DNA from: a bacterium
Lineage (GTDB): Bacteria > UBA8248
Direction: 5' to 3'
Length of the DNA stretch: 64,000 nucleotides
Assembly: GCA_965213625.1 (NCBI GenBank)
Contig: CBDBZU010000004.1
Coordinates: 3,712,001-3,776,000 of the forward strand
The notes beneath the pieces were generated by a model. That model had not been told where the DNA came from and ran no database searches. It saw only the letters and a program-made list of their open reading frames with translations. Position 1 is the first letter of the stretch. Every line of letters starts with the position of its first letter. Positions 1-8,486 of this stretch are shown here, one piece after another. Made by a program: the position numbers and the translations under genes.

Positions 1-4
1 GCCC

Positions 5-40
5 GCCCGGGCGGCCGGAAAACCGGTCGCCCGGGCTTTT
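5..40 (+). terminator. Rho-independent terminator / intercistronic hairpin
   Basis: 14-bp stem GCCCGGGCGGCCGG/CCGGTCGCCCGGGC, AAAA loop, followed by TTTT. Confidence 0.7.
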
Positions 41-51
41 CCTCACGGCGT

Positions 52-80
52 TTGACAATGGGGCCGTTTCATCCTAGACA
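52..80 (+). promoter_or_regulatory. Possible sigma70 promoter for the liv permease genes
   Basis: TTGACA (52-57), 17-bp spacer, TAGACA (75-80). Confidence 0.35.
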
Positions 81-120
81 TTGACCCTCTTACGACTTCC
101 CCGTTCTCAAGGAGCGTGTT

Positions 121-1101
121 TTGCCAAGCGGCGGCGTAGAGTTTTCGGAATTCGTCCAGCATCTGTTTCTCGGGCTGGTGCAGGGTTCCTTCTGGGTTCT
201 GCTGGCTCTGGGCCTTTCGATCATCTTCGGCCTGATGGGCATCATCAATTTCGGACACGGCGCTTTCTACATGCTTGGCGCGTACGTGGGGTACACGGTC
301 TCGAACCTCATTTTCACGCCGATTCTCGGACCGAACGTGGGCTTCATCCTGGCAATCGCCATGGTACCCGTCGTCATGTTCGGAATCGGGATGGTCTTTG
401 AGAAATACGTCATCAGCAATATATACAATACGGAAAACGAGCGATTTTCGGGCGTTCTCATCATGTTCGGCATGTCCATCTTCCTGCCGGACTTCGTCCG
501 CCTCATCTGGGGCAGGCCGGGGAAGCCCTTCAACATTCCGCCGATGTTCCAGTTCTCGCTCTTGAAGACGGGCACGCTCGACATTACGGCGTACAGAAGC
601 TTCACCATCATCACCGCGGCGATTCTCGTCGCCCTGCTCTGGGTGCTCATCTACAAGACGAACCTGGGTATGATGATCCGCGCGGGAACCAACAACAACA
701 CGATGGTGAAGGTGCTGGGCATCAACGTCTCGCGTATCTGGCGGCTCACGTTCGGCTTAGGGATAGCCCTGGCCGGATTCTCCGGCGTCATGATAGCGCC
801 CCTGTTCGCGGTGGACGCCACCATGGGCGAACTGATTCTGGTGCAGACCTTCATCGTCGTCGTCGTCGGCGGCATGGGGAGCTTTATCGGCCCGGTGATC
901 GGCGGGTTGATTCTGGGCCAGCTATGGGCGCTCACGCCCCTGGTGGGCAGAACCCAATACGTGGTTCAAAACTGGACGGGCACGGTGATTGGCCCCGATT
1001 TCTGGGAAAAAGCGTCCGACATCCTGCTCTTCATCGTGATGGCGGTAATCCTTCTCTTGAGACCAAGAGGGTTGTTCGGCCAGGAAGGCGCTTTTGATTA
1101 A
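121..1101 (+). CDS. livH: Branched-chain amino acid ABC transporter permease (LivH family)
   Basis: LALGLSIIFGLMGIINFGHG and VVVVGGMGS motifs, C-terminal RPRGLFG; AGGAG RBS before TTG. Confidence 0.9.
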   Translation: MPSGGVEFSEFVQHLFLGLVQGSFWVLLALGLSIIFGLMGIINFGHGAFYMLGAYVGYTVSNLIFTPILGPNVGFILAIAMVPVVMFGIGMVFEKYVISNIYNTENERFSGVLIMFGMSIFLPDFVRLIWGRPGKPFNIPPMFQFSLLKTGTLDITAYRSFTIITAAILVALLWVLIYKTNLGMMIRAGTNNNTMVKVLGINVSRIWRLTFGLGIALAGFSGVMIAPLFAVDATMGELILVQTFIVVVVGGMGSFIGPVIGGLILGQLWALTPLVGRTQYVVQNWTGTVIGPDFWEKASDILLFIVMAVILLLRPRGLFGQEGAFD

Positions 1102-1133
1102 AGATCCTTATCGTCTCGGGAGAGATTTCTAAA

Positions 1134-2336
1134 GTGGATTCTGCTGCTCCAAAAAACCGATTCACCCCCAAGGAATTCTGGGCCTGGCTCGCGGAAGTCT
1201 TTGACAACTACGGCATACTGATACTCGCTGGCCTCCTGCTGGTGTATCCGTTTTTCTTCGGCGCCCTGAACGAATCGATCATCTGGCTAGAAGACAACGA
1301 CTGGGAAGCATCCGCCGAGATTCTAGCGGAGATTCGCGGCTTCGTGCCGAGCACGCCTTTGATGATTCAGATTCTCATCTACACGCTCTTCGGCATCGCC
1401 TTCAACATCCTGCTCGGCAACACCGGTATGCTCAGCCTGGGCCATTGCGCCTTTTTCGGCGTGGGCGGCTACACCGTTGGCATCATGCACGCCTGGATCA
1501 AACCCGACACCTACGCGCCCGACTGGATGGTCAGCGCCTTCAAGGTGTTGCCTCTGGAAATCTCGCTCATTACCTGCGTCATCGTCTCCACCTTCGTCGC
1601 CTGGCTCATCGGCACAATCTGCAGTTCGAAGCGCGGCGTGTATTTCGCCATGGTCACCCTCTCCATCAGCATGATCTTCTACTACTCCGCACAGACGTTC
1701 GACGACCTCACCGGCGGAACGGACGGCCTGGGCGGCCTCGAAAACATGCGGCTGGGCTCCATCAACCTGCGCGTGGGCATCATGGACGCGAACATCACTT
1801 ATTATTTCGTCTTTTTTCTAAGCGTCGTCTTCATCGCTATCATCTGGCAGATACTGCGCTCGCCGTTCGGCCACGTGCTCAGAGCCATCCGTGAAAACGA
1901 AGACCGCGCGCGCATCTGCGGCTACAACGTGGCGAAAGTCCGGCTCATGGCATTCACGATGAGCGGGGCCATCTCGGGAGTCGCGGGCGCGCTGGCGATC
2001 ATTTACGGCGAGACCGTGCCGATCGAGAACATCCACTTCATCACCTCGGGGCAGATCGTCATCATCACCCTCTTCGGTGGTGCGGGCACATTCCTGGGGC
2101 CTGCGGTGGGCTCGTTCATATACTGGTACCTGAGGCAGTTGATGAGCGTGGAGTTCGTAAAATACCTGGCCATATTCCAGTATTGGGAAGCGTGGGTAGG
2201 CGGCATCTTCGTTCTGATCGTGCTCTTCGTGCCCTCGGGTATTCTGGGCACCATCCGCAACATGACGCTCGAATACCGCGAGAAGAAATATCTGGCGAAA
2301 CAAGCCGCGGCCGAGACGGCCGCCGACCCGGAATAA
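1134..2336 (+). CDS. livM: Branched-chain amino acid ABC transporter permease (LivM family)
   Basis: FNILLGNTGMLSLGH, GGTDGL and SPFGHVLRAIRENE motifs. Confidence 0.9.
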   Translation: MDSAAPKNRFTPKEFWAWLAEVFDNYGILILAGLLLVYPFFFGALNESIIWLEDNDWEASAEILAEIRGFVPSTPLMIQILIYTLFGIAFNILLGNTGMLSLGHCAFFGVGGYTVGIMHAWIKPDTYAPDWMVSAFKVLPLEISLITCVIVSTFVAWLIGTICSSKRGVYFAMVTLSISMIFYYSAQTFDDLTGGTDGLGGLENMRLGSINLRVGIMDANITYYFVFFLSVVFIAIIWQILRSPFGHVLRAIRENEDRARICGYNVAKVRLMAFTMSGAISGVAGALAIIYGETVPIENIHFITSGQIVIITLFGGAGTFLGPAVGSFIYWYLRQLMSVEFVKYLAIFQYWEAWVGGIFVLIVLFVPSGILGTIRNMTLEYREKKYLAKQAAAETAADPE

Positions 2337-2347
2337 CGGAAAGAAAA

Positions 2348-3082
2348 ATGCCTATCCTGGAAACCAGAAGCCTGAGCAAGCATTTCGACGCCCTCGTCGC
2401 CGTGGACGCCGTGAATTATTCGGTCGACGCCGGCGAGTTGCGCTCCATCATCGGCCCGAACGGCGCGGGGAAAACGACATTCTTCAACATGATTGCGGGC
2501 GATCTGTTGCCTACGTCCGGGCAGGTGCTCTTCGATGGAGAAGACGTATCGAAATTCCCCGCTCATGAGCGATCCCACCTGGGGATAGGCCGCACCTACC
2601 AGATCACCAACATCTTCCCAAAGCTGAGCGTGCTGGAGAACATCCGCATCGCCGTGCAATCACGGAAGATGACATTCAACCTGTGGTCGACGATAGGAAA
2701 CCACAAGGAGTTGATTGAAAGGGCGGACGAGATACTCGAGCGCATCAACATGACGGATAAACGCGACGAGCTGGGCGGCACGCTCGCGCACGGCGAACAG
2801 CGCTATCTCGAAATCGGGATCGCCCTCGCCACCGACCCCAAGCTGCTCCTGCTCGATGAGCCGACGGCGGGCATGAGCCCGGAGGAAACGATTCAGACGG
2901 GCGAATTCATCAAAAGCCTGGCCGACCCGCTCACCATCGTGCTCGTGGAGCACGACATGGAGGTGGTGCTGGGCATTTCGGATAAGATCACCGTGCTGCA
3001 CAACGGCGCCTTTCTCGCCGAGGGCACGGTGGAGGAAGTCCGCGCGAACGCAGAAGTGCAGCGCGTATACCTGAGGGAATAA
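2348..3082 (+). CDS. livG: ABC transporter ATP-binding protein (LivG family)
   Basis: Walker A GPNGAGKT, LLLLDEP, VEHDM; start set to ATG 2348 (MPILET). Confidence 0.9.
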   Translation: MPILETRSLSKHFDALVAVDAVNYSVDAGELRSIIGPNGAGKTTFFNMIAGDLLPTSGQVLFDGEDVSKFPAHERSHLGIGRTYQITNIFPKLSVLENIRIAVQSRKMTFNLWSTIGNHKELIERADEILERINMTDKRDELGGTLAHGEQRYLEIGIALATDPKLLLLDEPTAGMSPEETIQTGEFIKSLADPLTIVLVEHDMEVVLGISDKITVLHNGAFLAEGTVEEVRANAEVQRVYLRE

Positions 3083-3786
3083 TGCTCGAAGTAGAATCCA
3101 TCAACACGTTTTACGGCTTAAGCCACGTGCTTCACGACTTGAGCCTCAAGGTGGACGAAGGCGAGGCGGTGGCTTTCCTCGGCAGGAACGGGGCGGGAAA
3201 ATCCACCACCATGAAGACCGTCATGGGACTCTTGACGCCCCAGAGCGGCAAAATCTCCATGGAGGGCACCGACATCACCGAGGCCGAGGCGCATACCGTC
3301 TCGCTCGCGGGGATTTCATGGATTCCCGAGGATCGCCAGGTGTTCACCAACCTTACCGTTTTCGAGAACCTCAAAATCAGCCGCATCCCCATAGACAACG
3401 CCAAGAACCTGGACACGCACCTCGACTGGATTTTCTCCCTCTTCCCGCGCTTGAAGGAGCGCATCAACAACAAGGGGAACCAGTTGAGCGGCGGCGAGCA
3501 GCAGATGCTCACCATGGCGCGGGGTCTGGGCACGGAACCCAAACTCATCATGGTGGACGAACCCACCGAGGGCCTGATGCCCGCCTACGTCGAGACCATC
3601 GAGAACGTGTTGGTGGAGATCCAGAAGAAAGGCATCGCCATCCTGCTCGTGGAGCAGAACTTCCGCATGGCGCTCAGCATCACCAAACGCGCCTACCTGA
3701 TAGAAAAAGGCATCATCCAGTGGGAAGGCGCCTCCGCCGACCTGCTCGAAGACCAGGAAACCCGCATGAGGTATCTCGGCGTCTAG
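3082..3786 (+). CDS. livF: ABC transporter ATP-binding protein (LivF family)
   Basis: GRNGAGKST, LSGGEQQML, LLVEQN, C-terminal YLGV. Confidence 0.9.
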   Translation: MLEVESINTFYGLSHVLHDLSLKVDEGEAVAFLGRNGAGKSTTMKTVMGLLTPQSGKISMEGTDITEAEAHTVSLAGISWIPEDRQVFTNLTVFENLKISRIPIDNAKNLDTHLDWIFSLFPRLKERINNKGNQLSGGEQQMLTMARGLGTEPKLIMVDEPTEGLMPAYVETIENVLVEIQKKGIAILLVEQNFRMALSITKRAYLIEKGIIQWEGASADLLEDQETRMRYLGV

Positions 3787-3843
3787 CCGAAGTCAGGATC
3801 CCCGCCGAATCCACCGGCATTTAGACATCAGGAAGGAGACGGT

Positions 3844-4269
3844 ATGGACCAGCGTCTCAGCATCGTCACCCTGGGCGTAGACGACCTTCCGCGTGCGCGC
3901 GCTTTCTACGAGGCGCTCGGCTGGCGCGTTGCGAGCGAGGAGTTAGCCGAATCCATCGTCTGCTTCACGCTCAACGGAATCGGTTTCGCCCTCTACCCCC
4001 GCGACAAGCTCATCGAGGATATCGGGCCACGGGCCGGAAGCGGTGAGGCGACCGGCGCGCTCACCCTGGCGTACAACGTTCGCGCCCGCGAGGACGTCGC
4101 CAAGGTGTTAGCCGAAGCCGAACGCGCAGGCGGAACCATCGTCAAGCATGCGCAGGATGTCTTCTGGGGTGGACATTCAGGATACTTCAAGGATCCGGAC
4201 GGACATTACTGGGAAGTCGCCTGGAACCCCCACTCGCCGCTAGATGAAGCGGGGAACTTCGCCTGGTAG
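3844..4269 (+). CDS. VOC (glyoxalase/bleomycin-resistance) family protein
   Basis: VTLGVDDL...FWGGHSGYFKDPDGHYWEVAWNP; AGGAG RBS. Confidence 0.9.
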   Translation: MDQRLSIVTLGVDDLPRARAFYEALGWRVASEELAESIVCFTLNGIGFALYPRDKLIEDIGPRAGSGEATGALTLAYNVRAREDVAKVLAEAERAGGTIVKHAQDVFWGGHSGYFKDPDGHYWEVAWNPHSPLDEAGNFAW

Positions 4270-4390
4270 GAGGTGGCGAGTCAGTCCTTCCGCATCATCA
4301 GAACATGGCGAGCCACCGCTTGCGGGCGCTGCTCGAAAAGCCCCTTGTCCGGGCCATCGCATCTACCCCCTGTCGTGGATTTGCTTTTCA

Positions 4391-4537
4391 GCCGTCATTC
4401 CGGCGAAAGCCGGAATCCATTTGCTTTGCCTTTGTTTTTTATTTTCTGATTGGTTCCCGCTAATGACGGGGAGATCTAAAGCCGACGTATCGTCATACCG
4501 CTTGAGAACGGATTCCGGCTTTCGCCGGTATGACGGC
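4391..4537. repeat. CGTC-type REP doublet (inverted pair)
   Basis: GCCGTCATTCCGGCGAAAGCCGGAATCC (4391-4418) and its reverse complement with 1 mismatch (4510-4537). Confidence 0.85.
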
Positions 4538-4565
4538 GGTACGTACCCCGGAGTTGAGCGTTAGC

Positions 4566-4994
4566 TTAGCTTGAAAGGTTTGTTTTTTCGGTCAGGGCGT
4601 ATCGAGTGAGTCTGTTCAGTAACTCTTTTGACGGGCTTCCGCTACTGTACTTGCCCCTAGCCCATGAATCGGTGCTAAGCCAAGAGGTTGTCTTGCCTAC
4701 AACTTTGACCAATTCATCGTGAGGCACGAGGTACCAGATTTCATTCACCCTAAAAGCTATATAAAGTTGTTTGCCTTGGTATTTCTTGTCGATAGTGAGG
4801 CGTCCTTTGAGCTGGACTTTTAAGGTTTGTTGTCCATCCTTGTGGTACGCAAGAAAATCAGCGCCTTGCCAGTCGTCGTGGAGCTTGATGCAGTTGAAGC
4901 CGTAGTCCGCCAATAGCCCTGCAAGTTTTTGAAAGTTATAAACTTCCTTCTGCTTTGAATTTAGAGCCTCATAAAGGATATGTTTCAGTTTCAT
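4566..4994 (-). CDS. Hypothetical protein, probable PD-(D/E)XK nuclease fold, AT-rich
   Basis: GADF...VQLK catalytic-like motif; GAAGGAG RBS before ATG 4994. Confidence 0.6.
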   Translation of the reverse strand: MKLKHILYEALNSKQKEVYNFQKLAGLLADYGFNCIKLHDDWQGADFLAYHKDGQQTLKVQLKGRLTIDKKYQGKQLYIAFRVNEIWYLVPHDELVKVVGKTTSWLSTDSWARGKYSSGSPSKELLNRLTRYALTEKTNLSS

Positions 4995-5104
4995 CCAATT
5001 AGACTCCTTCCTTCGAGCAATTCTTACGATCCATTCCACTTCGCGTGTAATAAGAACGCCAGTCTGTGCGTGGTTCTGACACCCGACACTTGAAACGACA
5101 CCCC

Positions 5105-6445
5105 TCACCGCTCATCGACGAGGCGGCGGGCCTTCACGTCGCGCATCGGGTCGTGGATAACGCCCGGCGCCACGAATTCGAGGACCGGCCGTATCATCAC
5201 CGCTCCCCGCACCCTGTCCGGCACGGAAGCGCCGAGCCGCTCGCGCTCTGAATCCTCGGCTTCCAGGCGGATGATCATCTCGTCCATCGAATCCGAATCC
5301 TCAGGCGCAGACTTGCGGATCCTCACCTGAAACTCGCGAATCGACCGTTCTTTCGAGAGGAGATCGAAAACGATATCCGGGTTCATGAGCATCCCGCGCA
5401 CCTTTAGCAGATCGCCCGTCCGCCTCGGCAGGCGCACGATGCGCTCGCCCACACGCCCGCAGTGCGGACAGGGCTCCCACCTGAGCGCGATGAGGTCCCC
5501 GATGAGATAGCGCAGAAACACCGTGCCCCGGCGGTGTAGGTGCGTGAGGGCTATCACGCCCTCTTCTCCTTCCGGCACGTGTTCGCCGGATTCGGGGTCC
5601 ACTACTTCGAGCAGGTAGAGTTCGGGCACGACGTTGTGCGGCATCGCATCGTTCGCGCACTGCACGAGGCCGCCCTGCATCTCCGTCGCCGCGTAGCGCA
5701 CCCGCACCTGCGGGTCGCTCGCCCCGAACCAGCGCAGATGGTCCATATACTCCTCGCGCAGGGCGTCGCTCACGGCCTCGCCCGTGGTGAGCACCATGCG
5801 CGCGCGGGGGAGCTTGACGCCGCGCTCGCGCGCTCTCCTCAGGAAGCGGCGGACGAAACTCGGCACCCCCCAGATAATCGTAGCGCCCGAATCGGCCACC
5901 ACGTCGACGGCCTCATCGAGCGAGCGCCTTACGGGGTATTCTGGATGCGGGCTGCCCGTCAGCGCGCTCACCACGGGCAGACCCATGATTTCCGCCGAAC
6001 GCACGCAGCAGAGAAACCCGCCCAGCGGCATGGGCGATAGCGGGTAGAGGTTCGCGATGACGTCTCCTGCCTGCAGACCTTCCGCCTCGTTGCAAACCCT
6101 CGCCTGGAGCATAATGTGGTACTGGTCGTGCGTGGTGTTGAAAAAAGGAGAAGGCCGCCCGCTCGTGGTGCCCGTGGTGTAGGCCACGTTCCACATGGTG
6201 CGCTCCTCGAAGGGAAGCTCGGGCAGCCAGGCGGGGTCGAGGCTGAAATCCTCGGGCGCCGCCATGAAATCCTCTTTTTTCGTGAGGGGGATTTTCTGGA
6301 GGTCGTCGAGTTCCTTGACCGCCTCAGGGATGAGGTTCGCCTCCGCGAAACGACGCTTGTAGAACGGGTGCGCCCGACCGCACAGGGCGACCATTCTCCT
6401 CAAGCGTTTTCTCCTCAACTCATGCAGCGCGTCTTGCTCGTTCAT
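5105..6445 (-). CDS. Phenylacetate-CoA ligase family AMP-dependent ligase
   Basis: YTTGTTSGRP, YAATE, LRYLIGD, RTGDLLKVRG. Confidence 0.85.
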   Translation of the reverse strand: MNEQDALHELRRKRLRRMVALCGRAHPFYKRRFAEANLIPEAVKELDDLQKIPLTKKEDFMAAPEDFSLDPAWLPELPFEERTMWNVAYTTGTTSGRPSPFFNTTHDQYHIMLQARVCNEAEGLQAGDVIANLYPLSPMPLGGFLCCVRSAEIMGLPVVSALTGSPHPEYPVRRSLDEAVDVVADSGATIIWGVPSFVRRFLRRARERGVKLPRARMVLTTGEAVSDALREEYMDHLRWFGASDPQVRVRYAATEMQGGLVQCANDAMPHNVVPELYLLEVVDPESGEHVPEGEEGVIALTHLHRRGTVFLRYLIGDLIALRWEPCPHCGRVGERIVRLPRRTGDLLKVRGMLMNPDIVFDLLSKERSIREFQVRIRKSAPEDSDSMDEMIIRLEAEDSERERLGASVPDRVRGAVMIRPVLEFVAPGVIHDPMRDVKARRLVDER

Positions 6446-6465
6446 CCGATCCCCTCTCCTGCCCC

Positions 6466-6855
6466 TTAAAATATTCCGGCCTTCCGCTGCAGCCAGCGCA
6501 CGTATTGCACGATCAGGGACACATCCTCGGGTTTCACACCCGGAACGGGCTGCATGTCGCCAAACTTCCAGTGATGGCTCTTCACCCCGCGCGAGACGGC
6601 CATGAAGAACGCGGCGTCCCCGTGATGGGAAGGCTCATAAATCTTGTGGACCAGCGGCGGCCCGATTCGAGTACCCCTGGCTTCGGGCCCGTGACAGCGC
6701 ATGCAGTTGCGCGAGAACAGCGATTTCCCTTTTTTGATTTGCGCCATATCCTCGGTTACGGGAACCCGTCCCGGCGGCTCGGGACGTTTCGTCAACGTCA
6801 CGATCAACCCAAACCCCGCTATGAGAAAAAGCCCCGCCGCCAACGCCTTGTTCAT
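6466..6855 (-). CDS. Monoheme cytochrome c
   Basis: CMRCH heme motif, N-terminal TM/signal segment, HHWKFGDMQP. Confidence 0.85.
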   Translation of the reverse strand: MNKALAAGLFLIAGFGLIVTLTKRPEPPGRVPVTEDMAQIKKGKSLFSRNCMRCHGPEARGTRIGPPLVHKIYEPSHHGDAAFFMAVSRGVKSHHWKFGDMQPVPGVKPEDVSLIVQYVRWLQRKAGIF

Positions 6856-6955
6856 CGTCCAAACCCTTTCGAAGTACGCAACACATCGCGAGAGCGCCTC
6901 ACCGCTCACTAACCGCCGCCCCAAGGCTTATCTACCGAGGCGGAGCCGAGACAGC

Positions 6956-8341
6956 TTAAGTGGATTTGATCGCGGATTTCAAACCCCGAACGCCCATGAA
7001 ACCAAGGATATCCCCGCTCCGCGACCACCGGAAAAACCATACGAGGAGGAGCGCGCCACTCAGAATCTGTCCCCCGCTCACCGCCCACCAGACGCCGCCC
7101 GCTCCCAAGGCAAGCCAGAACGAGAGCAGATAGGCGGCGGGGAGCTGAACGCCCCAGCGGACGACGCCCTCCACCAACATGGGCGGCTTCGAGCGCGAGG
7201 CTCCCTGGAACGCGCCCGCCATCACACGGCGGATGGACTCCATGAGGAGGCCTGCGCACAGAATCCGGAGCGCCATGACGGCCGTGGCGTTCCCCGCCAG
7301 GCCGAAAAAAGAGACGACCTCCGACGCCCAGGCGAACAACGCGATGCTCGCCGCCGCCATCAGCATCACAAGCGCGGCGACGGCGAGCCATACCGTGCGC
7401 GTCACGCGCTCGGGTTTCTCCGCGCCCATGTTCTGGCCCACCAGCGTGCGCACCGAGCTTTGCAGGCCGAAGCTCGGCATCCGGGCGATCATCGTCACGC
7501 GGTTGCCGATGCTCCACGCCGCCAGCGCGCTCGCCCCGAAGGGGGAGAGCATCCGCACCATGAGCAGGAGCGCGCTTCGCTCGAGTAGGTTTTGCACCAT
7601 GGCGGGCCAGGCGAGGCGCGCGACGCGGGATATCTCGGAAGCGCGCGGGCGCAAATCGGCCCACCTGAGCCTGAGCCTCGATTTTCCCTTCACGATGAAG
7701 GCGAGCATCGTCAAAAAACCGCCCAGCCGCCCCACGCCGATGCCGAGAAAGCTGCCCGCTATCCCCAACGCGGGAACCGGGCCCCATCCGAACATCAAGA
7801 GGGGGATGAAGATGAGCGTCAAGACGGTGGAAGCCACGACGCCCGCGATGGTGATGCCCGGCTCGCCGGTTCCCCGCAATATCTGGCCGATGACGAACAT
7901 CGCCTCGGCGGCGAGCAGCACGGCGAAGCCCGCGCGGATGTAGACGACGCCCAGGGCGGCGAGCGCGGGGTCGCGCGTCATCAAGTCCATCAGGAGGGGG
8001 GCGAACCATAGACCCAGGAACGTCGCGATGAGACTGAAGACGCCGACGAGGAAGATGGTCTGCCCCGCCATGACCGAAGCGCCCTCTCCATCGCCTGCGC
8101 CCACGCGCTGGGCCACGAGCGCCTGGCCTGCGATCCTGATTCCGAAAGGAGCCGAGCGGATGAACAACAGGGTGATGAAACCTAAAGACGCCGCCGCCAG
8201 GAATTCGGCCCCCATCTGGCCGAGCCAGTAAATCTCAAAAATGCCGTCGAGATTGCGGAGGATGCGCTCGCCGCATATCGGAACCGAGAGGCGCGTGATG
8301 GCCCAGCCGACCGAGCCCCGGGTGTAGTCGTATCCGCGCAT
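6956..8341 (-). CDS. MATE family efflux transporter
   Basis: ALVAQRVGAG, LRGTG, LVGQNMGA; about 12 TM segments; start uncertain. Confidence 0.85.
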   Translation of the reverse strand: MRGYDYTRGSVGWAITRLSVPICGERILRNLDGIFEIYWLGQMGAEFLAAASLGFITLLFIRSAPFGIRIAGQALVAQRVGAGDGEGASVMAGQTIFLVGVFSLIATFLGLWFAPLLMDLMTRDPALAALGVVYIRAGFAVLLAAEAMFVIGQILRGTGEPGITIAGVVASTVLTLIFIPLLMFGWGPVPALGIAGSFLGIGVGRLGGFLTMLAFIVKGKSRLRLRWADLRPRASEISRVARLAWPAMVQNLLERSALLLMVRMLSPFGASALAAWSIGNRVTMIARMPSFGLQSSVRTLVGQNMGAEKPERVTRTVWLAVAALVMLMAAASIALFAWASEVVSFFGLAGNATAVMALRILCAGLLMESIRRVMAGAFQGASRSKPPMLVEGVVRWGVQLPAAYLLSFWLALGAGGVWWAVSGGQILSGALLLVWFFRWSRSGDILGFMGVRGLKSAIKST

Positions 8342-8361
8342 ACTTTGGGAGTGACTCAGAA

Positions 8362-8474
8362 GGCGCACCTCGATGAAAGCGGAGATACCGGAAAGCGACC
8401 CGCCCATGATACGCTAGAGCACTCGATACGTTAAGGGAGAGAGAGCGCAGATGCCGCCCCCCGATTACGAACGA
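8362..8474 (+). repeat. Diverged direct repeat (copy A) of the upstream region and first 8 codons of the M20 gene
   Basis: GAGATACCGGAAAGCGACnCGCCCATGATACGCTAG...GATACGTTAAnGGAGA...ATGCCG shared with 11033-11146. Confidence 0.85.
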
Positions 8475-8486
8475 TCGAAAGGGTGA
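8451..8486 (+). CDS. 11-codon leader ORF MPPPDYERSKG; its stop overlaps the SulP GTG start
   Basis: RBS GGAGA plus ATG 8451; TGA 8484-8486 overlaps GTG 8483-8485. Confidence 0.45.
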   Translation: MPPPDYERSKG

